Source: Nemertoderma westbladi
Lineage: Eukaryota; Animalia; Xenacoelomorpha
NCBI GenBank assembly: GCA_032718475.1
Contig: JAUCBJ010006114.1
Coordinates: 3,632-67,631 of the forward strand
Direction: 5' to 3'
Length of the DNA: 64,000 nt
The position numbers were made by a program, and so were the translations under genes. Shown piece after piece: positions 11,070-23,600 of this stretch (position 1 is its first letter; every line of letters begins with the position of its first letter). The notes beneath the pieces were generated by a model, which was not told where the DNA came from, did no database searches, and saw only the letters and a list, made by a program, of their open reading frames with translations.

Positions 11070-11800
11070 TTAATCCGTTCAAGATGAAACTTGGCAAATT
11101 TGTACCAGATCATGAGCGGTATCATTCAAAGGCGGCTATTCCGTCTGCAGTTCTCTAGTCTGCCGCTAGAGGGCGAAATATCTCAAAGTGAAATACTTTA
11201 CCCGTTCCGTTATTTATTACCCGTTCCGTTGTTTATTACACGTCCCGTTATTTTTTACCCGTTCGGAAACATGTCAGATGTGTGCTAGAGCACATATCTG
11301 TGTCTTTGCGGGGTCGATAATCAGTCTGCAGTTCTCAGGTCAGCCGCTAGAGGGCAAAATGTATGAAATTGAAAACCTTCTCCCATTTCCGTGATATTCA
11401 TTCGTTTAATCTGAAACATCGTATATATATACTATGTTTCGTCTTTATGAAGAAGGTGATCGGTTTACAGTTCTTCTGTCTGTCGCTAGAGGGCAAAATG
11501 TCTGAAAGTGCAAACCTACCATTTATTCCTTGATTTAATTAGCTTAAGCTGAATCTTGGCATATATGTACTAGAAAACTAGTTGCGTTTTTGTTGGGACG
11601 GTAATCCCTCTGAAGTTTCCCAGTCTACCGCTATTTGTCAGAAATTAAAACCTTCAGCCATATCGCTGTTTGTAATCTTTTCTTCCTGATATTTACCTGG
11701 CACATATATTCTAGACCTCAGACTGAGTTTTTGTGAGGTCTTAAATCGACATAATCGACATAATGGCAGTTACCCGTCTGATTCCAGGAGGTGAAGTGAT
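11070..11800 (+). repeat. Degenerate ~140-180 bp tandem modules (non-autonomous element type), each with a CTCF-like CCGCTAGAGGGC motif or a decayed copy
   Basis: Related modules TCTGCAGTT...(C/T)CGCTAGAGGGC.AAAT at ~11143, 11325 and 11463, with weaker copies at ~11609 and ~11765. Confidence 0.6.
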
Positions 11801-12329
11801 TAGGGGACATCTGCTTAGATCTTGTTAATAATTATTTCGAGTTGAAACTTAAAATAAGTTTATGTCACGTGCTGCGCTAATGATCCGACATATACGATTT
11901 ATATAAAGTCTAACCACATCTCACTTTAGGTTCTCGTTTCATATATCATTGACACGTTTCGCTCGTTCGTGTCATTATTCCAACACGATCCAGTGTGAAA
12001 TATATTGTTATTATAATTATTGCTCTTGTAATATATTCATTGTTATAAAATTCATATAATGCCTTATTTATCCCGCATTTAGCAAACAATGTCAAGAGAA
12101 GCGACAACTCTCTTTAATTTAAACATGAAGAATATTAATGAAACTCTGTTTGATCCCGGAGCGGTCTTCGACACTTCCATTGTACAAACTTTACCACCTC
12201 TAGACTCAAATTCATTGCACAATCCTTGCACTGGACTACCAACTACACAATGCACTGTAAGATTCCATATAGTCTGTGACATTAGTTCTTTAGTTAGTGA
12301 AATGCAAACTGCAAGCGCAATGATAATAA

Positions 12330-12892
12330 AGCTTCTGAAACTAGTTCTCTACTTCAGAGAACTAGCTTCTCTCTAACTATTAATTTAGTAGTTTAGAGTT
12401 TAGTAGTTCAGTTTAGATTTCAACCATTCAGTTGTTTTGAGCACTAGACTCCTATTTTAAATATTACTAACAATTTTTATTTGCTTTCAGCAAATAACTC
12501 ACTTTACTACTGTCGGTGTCTGTGACTGTAGTTGCCGGATATCTGCTTCATTTACTTTTTCTAGTGTGAACCCTAGATCTTCACCAGTTGTGGCCGTCCT
12601 CATTGCGTAATACAATAGAATTTTAAATAATAATAGTTCCAATGTGTCGCCTTGAAGTACACCAGCCATGGTTGGGAAAAAATCAGTCTCACCATCTGGA
12701 AAGAGTATCTGAGCATATGTTTTACAATATTACCATCCAATGGCAGCGACAATTATTTCTGGTATTCCATAAGCTTTTAGGATTTCCAGCATTTTAATAC
12801 TATAGTTGCAGAGTTTAAATGCTTTCTTAAAGTCTCCAAATCTAAACTGTAGGAAGGTTTATTGACTTAATTCCTTCAACAAGTCTTCGTAG
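12330..12892 (-). pseudogene. Degraded RTE-clade LINE RT fragment
   Basis: Minus-strand translation gives LRRLVEGIK, DFKKAF, MLEILKAYGIPE, GVLQGDTL and DLGFTL, with frameshifts. Confidence 0.75.
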
Positions 12893-15800
12893 CTAACGTG
12901 TGTAGACTGGACATACCAGTTTCCCCCCTGTCTCCACTAACGTGTGTAGACTGGACATACCAGTTTCCTTCCTGTCTCCACTAACGTGTGTAGACTGGAC
13001 ATACCAGTTTCCTCCCTGTCCCCACTAACGTGTGTAGACTGGACGTGGACATACCACTTTCCTCCCTGTCCCCACTAACGAGTATAGACTGGACGTGGAC
13101 ATACCAATTTCCTCCCTACCCTGTCTCCACTAACGTGTGTAGACTGGACATACCAGTTTCCTCCCTGTCCCCACTAACGTGTATAGACTGGACGTGGACA
13201 TACCAATTTCCTCCCTACCCTGTCTCCACTAACGTGTGTAGACTGGACATACCAGTTTCCTTCCTGTCTCCACTAACGTGTGTAGACTGGACATACCAGT
13301 TTCCTCCCTGTCCCCACTAACGTGTGTAGACTGGACATACCAGTTTTCCCCCTGTCCCCACTAACGTGTGTAGACTGGACATACCAGTTTTCCCCCTGTC
13401 TCCACTAACGTGTGTAGACTGAACATACCAGTTTCCCCCTGTCCCACTAACGTGTGTAGACTGGACATTCCAGTTTCCCCCCTGTCTCCACTAACGTGTG
13501 TAGACTGGACATACCAGTTTTCCCCCTGTCTCCACTAACGTGTGTAGACTGCACATACCAGTTTCCCCCTGTCCCACTAACGTGTGTAGACTGGACATTC
13601 CAGTTTCCCCCCTGTCTCCACTAACGTGTGTAGACTGGACATACCAGTTTCCCCCTGTCCCACTAACGTGTGTAGACTGGACATACCAGTTTTCCCCCTG
13701 TCTCCACTAACGTGTGTAGACTGCACATACCAGTTTCCCCCTGTCCCACTAACGTGTGTAGACTGGACATTCCAGTTTCCCCCCTGTCTCCACTAACGTG
13801 TGTAGACTGGACATACCAGTTTTCCCCCTGTCTCCACTAACGTGTGTAGACTGCACATACCAGTTTCCCCCTGTCCCACTAACGTGTGTAGACTGGACAT
13901 TCCAGTTTCCCCCCTGTCTCCACTAACGTGTGTAGACTGGACATACCAGTTTCCCCCTGTCCCACTAACGTGTGTAGACTGGACATACCAGTTTTCCCCC
14001 TGTCTCCACTAACGTGTGTAGACTGCACATACCAGTTTCCCCCTGTCCCACTAACGTGTGTAGACTGGACATTCCAGTTTCCCCCCTGTCTCCACTAACG
14101 TGTGTAGACTGGACATACCAGTTTCCCCCCTGTCTCCACTAACGTGTGTAGACTAGACTGGACATACCAGTTTCCTCCCTGTCCCCACTAACGTGTGTAG
14201 ACTGGACATTCCAGTTTCCCCCCTGTCTCCACTAACGTGTGTAGACTGGACATACCAGTTTCCCCCTGTCCCACTAACGTGTGTAGACTGGACATACCAG
14301 TTTTCCCCCTGTCTCCACTAACGTGTGTAGACTGCACATACCAGTTTCCCCCTGTCCCACTAACGTGTGTAGACTGGACATACCAGTTACCTCCCTGTCT
14401 CCACTAACGTGTGTAGACTGGACATACCAGTTTCCTCCCTGTCCCCACTAACGTGTGTAGACTGGACATACCAGTTTTCCCCCTGTCTCCACTAACGTGT
14501 GTAGACTGCACATACCAGTTTCCCCCTGTCCCACTAACGTGTGTAGACTGGACATTCCAGTTTCCCCCCTGTCTCCACTAACGTGTGTAGACTGGACATA
14601 CCAGTTTCCCCCTGTCCCACTAACGTGTGTAGACTGGACATTCCAGTTTCCCCCCTGTCTCCACTAACGTGTGTAGACTGGACATACCAGTTTCCCCCTG
14701 TCCCACTAACGTGTGTAGACTGGACATTCCAGTTTCCCCCCTGTCTCCACTAACGTGTGTAGACTAGACATACCAGTTTCCCCCTGTCCCACTAACGTGT
14801 GTAGACTGGACATTTCAGTTTCCCCCCTGTCTCCACTAACGTGTGTAGACTGGACATACCAGTTTCCCCCTGTCCCACTAACGTGTGTAGACTGCACATA
14901 CCAGTTTCCCCCTGTCCCACTAACGTGTGTAGACTGGACATTCCAGTTTCCTCCCTGTCCCCACTAACGTGTGTAGACTGGACATTCCAGTTTCCCCCCT
15001 GTCTCCACTAACGTGTGTAGACTGGACATACCAGTTTCCTCCCTGTCTCCACTAACGTGTGTAGACTGGACATTCCAGTTTCCCCCCTGTCTCCACTAAC
15101 GTGTGTAGACTGGACATACCAGTTTCCTCCCTGTCCCCACTAACGTGTGTAGACTGGACATTCCAGTTTCCCCCCTGTCTCCACTAACGTGTGTAGACTG
15201 GACATACCAGTTTCCTCCCTGTCCCCACTAACGTGTGTAGACTGGACATACCAATTTCCTCCCTACCCTGTCTCCACTAACGTGTGTAGACTGGACATAC
15301 CAGTTTCCTCCCTGTCCCCACTAACGTGTGTAGACTGGACATACCAATTTCCTCCCTACCCTGTCTCCACTAACGTGTGTAGACTGGACATTCCAGTTTC
15401 CTCCCTGTCCCCACTAACTTGTGTAGACTGGACATACCAGTTTCCTCCCTGTCCCCACTAACGTGTGTAGACTGGACATTCCAGTTTCCCCCCTGTCTCC
15501 ACTAACGTGTGTAGACTGGACATACCAGTTTCCTCCCTGTCCCCACTAACGTGTGTAGACTGCACATACCAGTTTCCCCCTGTCCCACTAACGTGTGTAG
15601 ACTGGACATTCCAGTTTCCCCCTGTCTCCACTAACGTGTGTAGACTGGACATACCAGTTTCCCCCCTGTCCCCACTAACATGTGTAGACTAGACGTGGAC
15701 ATACCAGTTTCCTCCCTGTCTCCACTAACGTGTGTAGACTGGACAAACCAGTTTCCTCCCTGTCTCCACTAACGTGTGTAGACTGGACAAACCAGTTTCC

Positions 15801-18800
15801 TCCCTGTCGCCACTAACGTGTGTATACTGGACATACCAGTTTCCTCCCTGTCCCCACTAACGTGTGTAGACTGGACATACCAATTTCCTCCCTACCCTGT
15901 CTCCACTAACGTGTGTAGACTGCACATACCAGTTTCCCCCTGTCCCACTAACGTGTGTAGACTGGACATACCAGTTTTCCCCCTGTCTCCACTAACGAGT
16001 GTAGACTGCACATACCAGTTTCCCCCTGTCCCACTAACGTGTGTAGACTGGACATTCCAGTTTCCCCCTGTCTCCACTAACGTGTGTAGACTGGACATAC
16101 CAGTTTCCCCCTGTCTCCACTAACGTGTGTAGACTAGACTGGACATACCAGTTTCCTCCCTGTCCCCACTAACGTGTGTAGACTGGACATTCCAGTTTCC
16201 CCCCTGTCTCCACTAACGTGTGTAGACTGGACATACCAGTTTCCCCCTGTCCCACTAACGTGTGTAGACTGGACATACCAGTTTTCCCCCTGTCTCCACT
16301 AACGTGTGTAGACTGCACATACCAGTTTCCCCCTGTCCCACTAACGTGTGTAGACTGGACATTCCAGTTTCCCCCCTGTCTCCACTAACGTGGGTAGATT
16401 GGACATGGACATACCAGTTACCTCCCTGTCTCCACTAACGTGTGTAGACTAGACTGGACATACCAGTTTCCTCCCTGTCCCCACTAACGTGTGTAGACTG
16501 GACATACCAGTTTTCCCCCTGTCTCCACTAACGTGTGTAGACTGCAAATACCAGTTTCCCCCTGTCCCACTAACGTGTGTAGACTGGACATTCCAGTTTC
16601 CCCCCTGTCTCCACTAACGTGTGTAGACTGGACATACCAGTTTCCCCCTGTCCCACTAACGTGTGTAGACTGGACATTCCAGTTTCCCCCCTGTCTCCAC
16701 TAACGTGTGTAGACTGGACATACCAGTTTCCCCCTGTCCCACTAACGTGTGTAGACTGGACATTCCAGTTTCCCCCCTGTCTCCACTAACGTGTGTAGAC
16801 TGGACATACCAGTTTCCCCCTGTCCCACTAACGTGTGTAGACTGGACATTCCAGTTTCCCCCCTGTCTCCACTAACGTGTGTAGACTGCACATACCAGTT
16901 TCCCCCTGTCCCACTAACGTGTGTAGACTGGACATTCCAGTTTCCTCCCTGTCCCCACTAACGTGTGTAGACTGGACATTCCAGTTTCCCCCCTGTCTCC
17001 ACTAACGTGTGTAGACTGGACATACCAGCTTCCTCCCTGTCTCCACTAACGTGTGTAGACTGGACATTCCAGTTTCCCCCCTGTCTCCACTAACGTGTGT
17101 AGACTGGACATACCAGTTTCCTCCCTGTCCCCACTAACGTGTGTAGACTGGACATTCCAGTTTCCCCCCTGTCTCCACTAACGTGTGTAGACTGGACATA
17201 CCAGTTTCCTCCCTGTCCCCACTAACGTGTGTAGACTGGACATACCAATTTCCTCCCTACCCTGTCTCCACTAACGTGTGTAGACTGGACATACCAGTTT
17301 CCTCCCTGTCCCCACTAACGTGTGTAGACTGCACATACCAGTTTCCCCCTGTCCCACTAACGTGTGTAGACTGGACATACCAATTTCCTCCCTGTCCCCA
17401 CTAACGTGTGTAGACTGGACATTCCAGTTTCCCCCCTGTCTCCACTAACGTGTGTAGACTGGACATACCAGTTTCCTCCCTGTCCCCACTAACGTGTGTA
17501 GACTGGACATACCAATTTCCTCCCTACCCTGTCTCCACTAACGTGTGTAGACTGGACATACCAGTTTCCTCCCTGTCCCCACTAACGTGTGTAGACTGCA
17601 CATACCAGTTTCCCCCTGTCCCACTAACGTGTGTAGACTGGACATTCCAGTTTCCCCCCTGTCTCCACTAACGTGTGTAGACTGGACATACCAGTTTCCC
17701 CCCTGTCCCCACTAACGTGTGTAGACTAGACGTGGACATACCAGTTTCCTCCCTGTCTCCACTAACGTGTGTAGACTGGACAAACCAGTTTCCTCCCTGT
17801 CTCCACTAACGTGTGTAGACTGGACAAACCAGTTTCCTCCCTGTCGCCACTAACGTGTGTAGACTGGACATACCAGTTTCCTCCCTGTCCCCACTAACGT
17901 GTGTAGACTGGACATACCAATTTCCTCCCTACCCTGTCTCCACTAACGTGTGTAGACTGCACATACCAGTTTCCCCCTGTCCCACTAACGTGTGTAGACT
18001 GGACATTCCAGTTTCCCCCCTGTCTCCACTAACGTGTGTAGACTGGACATACCAGTTTCCCCCTGTCCCACTAACGTGTGTAGACTGGACATACCAGTTT
18101 TCCCCCTGTCTCCACTAACGAGTGTAGACTGCACATACCAGTTTCCCCCTGTCCCACTAACGTGTGTAGACTGGACATTCCAGTTTCCCCCTGTCTCCAC
18201 TAACGTGTGTAGACTGGACATACCAGTTTCCCCCTGTCTCCACTAACGTGTGTAGACTAGACTGGACATACCAGTTTCCTCCCTGTCCCCACTAACGTGT
18301 GTAGACTGGACATTCCAGTTTCCCCCCTGTCTCCACTAACGTGTGTAGACTGGACATACCAGTTTCCCCCTGTCCCACTAACGTGTGTAGACTGGACATA
18401 CCAGTTTTCCCCCTGTCTCCACTAACGTGTGTAGACTGCACATACCAGTTTCCCCCTGTCCCACTAACGTGTGTAGACTGGACATTCCAGTTTCCCCCCT
18501 GTCTCCACTAACGTGGGTAGATTGGACATGGACATACCAGTTACCTCCCTGTCTCCACTAACGTGTGTAGACTAGACTGGACATACCAGTTTCCTCCCTG
18601 TCCCCACTAACGTGTGTAGACTGGACATACCAGTTTTCCCCCTGTCTCCACTAACGTGTGTAGACTGCAAATACCAGTTTCCCCCTGTCCCACTAACGTG
18701 TGTAGACTGGACATTCCAGTTTCCCCCCTGTCTCCACTAACGTGTGTAGACTGGACATACCAGTTTCCCCCTGTCCCACTAACGTGTGTAGACTGGACAT

Positions 18801-21800
18801 TCCAGTTTCCCCCCTGTCTCCACTAACGTGTGTAGACTGGACATACCAGTTTCCCCCTGTCCCACTAACGTGTGTAGACTGGACATTCCAGTTTCCCCCC
18901 TGTCTCCACTAACGTGTGTAGACTGGACATACCAGTTTCCCCCTGTCCCACTAACGTGTGTAGACTGGACATTCCAGTTTCCCCCCTGTCTCCACTAACG
19001 TGTGTAGACTGCACATACCAGTTTCCCCCTGTCCCACTAACGTGTGTAGACTGGACATTCCAGTTTCCTCCCTGTCCCCACTAACGTGTGTAGACTGGAC
19101 ATTCCAGTTTCCCCCCTGTCTCCACTAACGTGTGTAGACTGGACATACCAGCTTCCTCCCTGTCTCCACTAACGTGTGTAGACTGGACATTCCAGTTTCC
19201 CCCCTGTCTCCACTAACGTGTGTAGACTGGACATACCAGTTTCCTCCCTGTCCCCACTAACGTGTGTAGACTGGACATTCCAGTTTCCCCCCTGTCTCCA
19301 CTAACGTGTGTAGACTGGACATACCAGTTTCCTCCCTGTCCCCACTAACGTGTGTAGACTGGACATACCAATTTCCTCCCTACCCTGTCTCCACTAACGT
19401 GTGTAGACTGGACATACCAGTTTCCTCCCTGTCCCCACTAACGTGTGTAGACTGCACATACCAGTTTCCCCCTGTCCCACTAACGTGTGTAGACTGGACA
19501 TTCCAGTTTCCCCCCTGTCTCCACTAACGTGTGTAGACTGGACATACCAGTTTCCTCCCTGTCCCCACTAACGTGTGTAGACTAGACGTGGACATACCAG
19601 TTTTCCCCCTGTCTCCACTAACGTGTGTAGACTGCAAATACCAGTTTCCCCCTGTCCCACTAACGTGTGTAGACTGGACATTCCAGTTTCCCCCCTGTCT
19701 CCACTAACGTGTGTAGACTGGACATACCAGTTTCCCCCTGTCCCACTAACGTGTGTAGACTGGACATTCCAGTTTCCCCCCTGTCTCCACTAACGTGTGT
19801 AGACTGCACATACCAGTTTCCCCCTGTCCCACTAACGTGTGTAGACTGGACATTCCAGTTTCCTCCCTGTCCCCACTAACGTGTGTAGACTGGACATTCC
19901 AGTTTCCCCCCTGTCTCCACTAACGTGTGTAGACTGGACATACCAGCTTCCTCCCTGTCTCCACTAACGTGTGTAGACTGGACATTCCAGTTTCCCCCCT
20001 GTCTCCACTAACGTGTGTAGACTGGACATACCAGTTTCCTCCCTGTCCCCACTAACGTGTGTAGACTGGACATTCCAGTTTCCCCCCTGTCTCCACTAAC
20101 GTGTGTAGACTGGACATACCAGTTTCCTCCCTGTCCCCACTAACGTGTGTAGACTGGACATACCAATTTCCTCCCTACCCTGTCTCCACTAACGTGTGTA
20201 GACTGGACATACCAGTTTCCTCCCTGTCCCCACTAACGTGTGTAGACTGCACATACCAGTTTCCCCCTGTCCCACTAACGTGTGTAGACTGGACATTCCA
20301 GTTTCCCCCCTGTCTCCACTAACGTGTGTAGACTGGACATACCAGTTTCCCCCTGTCCCACTAACGTGTGTAGACTGGACATACCAGTTTTCCCCCTGTC
20401 TCCACTAACGAGTGTAGACTGCACATACCAGTTTCCCCCTGTCCCACTAACGTGTGTAGACTGGACATTCCAGTTTCCCCCTGTCTCCACTAACGTGTGT
20501 AGACTGGACATACCAGTTTCCCCCTGTCTCCACTAACGTGTGTAGACTAGACTGGACATACCAGTTTCCTCCCTGTCCCCACTAACGTGTGTAGACTGGA
20601 CATTCCAGTTTCCCCCCTGTCTCCACTAACGTGTGTAGACTGGACATACCAGTTTCCCCCTGTCCCACTAACGTGTGTAGACTGGACATACCAGTTTTCC
20701 CCCTGTCTCCACTAACGTGTGTAGACTGCACATACCAGTTTCCCCCTGTCCCACTAACGTGTGTAGACTGGACATTCCAGTTTCCCCCCTGTCTCCACTA
20801 ACGTGGGTAGATTGGACATGGACATACCAGTTACCTCCCTGTCTCCACTAACGTGTGTAGACTAGACTGGACATACCAGTTTCCTCCCTGTCCCCACTAA
20901 CGTGTGTAGACTGGACATACCAGTTTTCCCCCTGTCTCCACTAACGTGTGTAGACTGCAAATACCAGTTTCCCCCTGTCCCACTAACGTGTGTAGACTGG
21001 ACATTCCAGTTTCCCCCCTGTCTCCACTAACGTGTGTAGACTGGACATACCAGTTTCCCCCTGTCCCACTAACGTGTGTAGACTGGACATTCCAGTTTCC
21101 CCCCTGTCTCCACTAACGTGTGTAGACTGGACATACCAGTTTCCCCCTGTCCCACTAACGTGTGTAGACTGGACATTCCAGTTTCCCCCCTGTCTCCACT
21201 AACGTGTGTAGACTGGACATACCAGTTTCCCCCTGTCCCACTAACGTGTGTAGACTGGACATTCCAGTTTCCCCCCTGTCTCCACTAACGTGTGTAGACT
21301 GCACATACCAGTTTCCCCCTGTCCCACTAACGTGTGTAGACTGGACATTCCAGTTTCCTCCCTGTCCCCACTAACGTGTGTAGACTGGACATTCCAGTTT
21401 CCCCCCTGTCTCCACTAACGTGTGTAGACTGGACATACCAGCTTCCTCCCTGTCTCCACTAACGTGTGTAGACTGGACATTCCAGTTTCCCCCCTGTCTC
21501 CACTAACGTGTGTAGACTGGACATACCAGTTTCCTCCCTGTCCCCACTAACGTGTGTAGACTGGACATTCCAGTTTCCCCCCTGTCTCCACTAACGTGTG
21601 TAGACTGGACATACCAGTTTCCTCCCTGTCCCCACTAACGTGTGTAGACTGGACATACCAATTTCCTCCCTACCCTGTCTCCACTAACGTGTGTAGACTG
21701 GACATACCAGTTTCCTCCCTGTCCCCACTAACGTGTGTAGACTGCACATACCAGTTTCCCCCTGTCCCACTAACGTGTGTAGACTGGACATTCCAGTTTC

Positions 21801-22024
21801 CCCCCTGTCTCCACTAACGTGTGTAGACTGGACATACCAGTTTCCTCCCTGTCCCCACTAACGTGTGTAGACTAGACGTGGACATACCAGTTTTCCCCCT
21901 GTCTCCACTAACGTGTGTAGACTGCAAATACCAGTTTCCCCCTGTCCCACTAACGTGTGTAGACTGGACATTCCAGTTTCCCCCCTGTCTCCACTAACGT
22001 GTGTAGACTGGACATACCAGTTTC
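12893..22024. repeat. ~9.1 kb satellite, ~41-42 bp unit (CCACTAACGTGTGTAGACTGGACATACCAGTTTCCCCCTGTCT) with higher-order repeats
   Basis: Directly visible. The rare variant TGGGTAGATT recurs at 16391, 18514 and 20804. No unique spacers. Confidence 0.98.
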
Positions 22025-22076
22025 AGTACTCTGCGTTGATACCACTGCTTAAGCAGTGGTATCAACGCAGAGTACT
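22025..22076. other. Library adapter artefact: back-to-back SMART/PacBio amplification primer AAGCAGTGGTATCAACGCAGAGTAC(T)
   Basis: Perfect 52-bp palindrome AGTACTCTGCGTTGATACCACTGCTT|AAGCAGTGGTATCAACGCAGAGTACT. Confidence 0.97.
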
Positions 22077-23600
22077 TATATAGTATCTGGTTGGCGATGT
22101 GTGCATTGTACTTGACACAATGAACCCGGAGTAGCATTTTTGTGAATGTGCCATCCAGAGATTTGGTGTCCTCAGCAGTTAGAGCAAAGCATGGACTCCC
22201 ATAGTCATCAGCAAAGTCTAGATCAGTTAGGTACTTGGAAGGATTTCCTCGACTTCTGGAGCCAGTAGGTGGAGATATCATCACCCCCATCATCATTATG
22301 ATGATCTAAGGGCATGCGTAGAACATAGTCAACCACAATTATGAACAAGAATGGTGCAAGTGTGTCTCCCTGGAGGACGCCCCATAACACTTCAAATGGT
22401 TCTGTGTCACCGTCAACAGTAGACACAAATGTTGTCGAACCATCGTATACTGATCTGATTGCTGCAATAATTTCATCAGCAATCCAATATAATGAAAGTA
22501 TGCTGAACATACGTGAGCGAGAGACTGAATCAAAGGCCTTGAATAAGTCAACAAAGATAACAGCCAGATGCCTGTCTTTCTTTTTTGATAACTCTTAAAT
22601 AATCCTTGTAAGTGCCAAAATGGGCTCCATGGTCCCGTCCCACGACCTTTACGGAACCCATTCTGATTTCCACGGAGCAGTTTCTCAATGGGATCCCGAT
22701 GCGATTTAGTAGAATTATATTGTATAGCTTTGCAGCAATCGAGATTAATGAGATTCCCGGAAAAGAACCATAGAGTGTTAGGTTGCCCTTCTTAGGAACT
22801 GGCACCAACTTATTTGTTTTCATTTCTTGTGGGACTCTTGTTGTTCGGTACATGTCTACTATGATGGGATAGATGAGCTTTAAACACTCAGGTATTTTAA
22901 AGACCTCAAGGGGAACACCATCTACTCCACTGGCACGATTGGTCTTAATGCTCTTTGCAGCAGCCTTCACTTCTGCAAAGGATATATCGTCAATGGGAAT
23001 ATCTGGGAGTACAGACTCCGACACTTTTACTTCTATAAAGTTATCAGGCAATACCCTGTCATTATTGAGGAGCTTTTCAAAGTGGGCCTTCCAAGTTCCA
23101 ACCATTGAGGCGATCGGCTGGTGATTCAGTCTTAACCTTGGTGGTTGGTTGGCTTTTCCGCCCAGTAAGCAAGTTGATCGATTTCCATGCCTGGGATGAT
23201 TGCCTGCTGTCGTCAGCATCATTGATGGCATCAACCTGTTGGTTTATTAGCTCCTGTAGATTAACAGAGTACTGCCTGTTCAGGGACCTAGATGTAGCCT
23301 TAACTGCATTCTTGGCTGCTGTAGTCTGAGTCGGGACTCTTTCTGTGCCTTACACCTTATATAGGTCATTTCGGCACTTCTGAATTTTGTTGTCAGTCCA
23401 GGGGGCCCTTTTCCTTTTTCGAGGGTATAGGCCTACAGGAACTGTTTCTGCAGCTGCTAACTTAACTGCTTCTGTGAACAGTGAAGGCAGTATAGCCCTC
23501 GCAGTCATCTGCCGCCTCAGGTCAGAGGCAAGAATAAAGAACGTCATGCCGGTACTTGTTGCTCAGCTGTAGTGTGAAGCTGGATCCTGGATCTCACACT
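22077..23600 (-). pseudogene. Degraded RTE-clade LINE (linker plus RT region)
   Basis: ASGVDGVP.E, LVPVPKKGNL, GISLISIAAKLYN, AVIFVD..KAFDSV, GVLQGDTLAPFLFIIVVDY and LTDLDFADD across frameshifted ORFs. Confidence 0.92.

Noticed and set aside
13030-21817. Many short ORFs (MCRLDIPVS..., MSSLHTLVET...)
   Set aside because: These are translations of the satellite, mostly with non-ATG starts.
12893-22024. CRISPR-like array of ~42-bp hairpin repeats
   Set aside because: Units are contiguous with no unique spacers, there are no cas genes, and the context is eukaryotic.
22025-22076. Biological 52-bp palindrome (terminator, recombination site or hairpin telomere)
   Set aside because: It is identical to the SMART/PacBio amplification primer pair, so it is a technical artefact.
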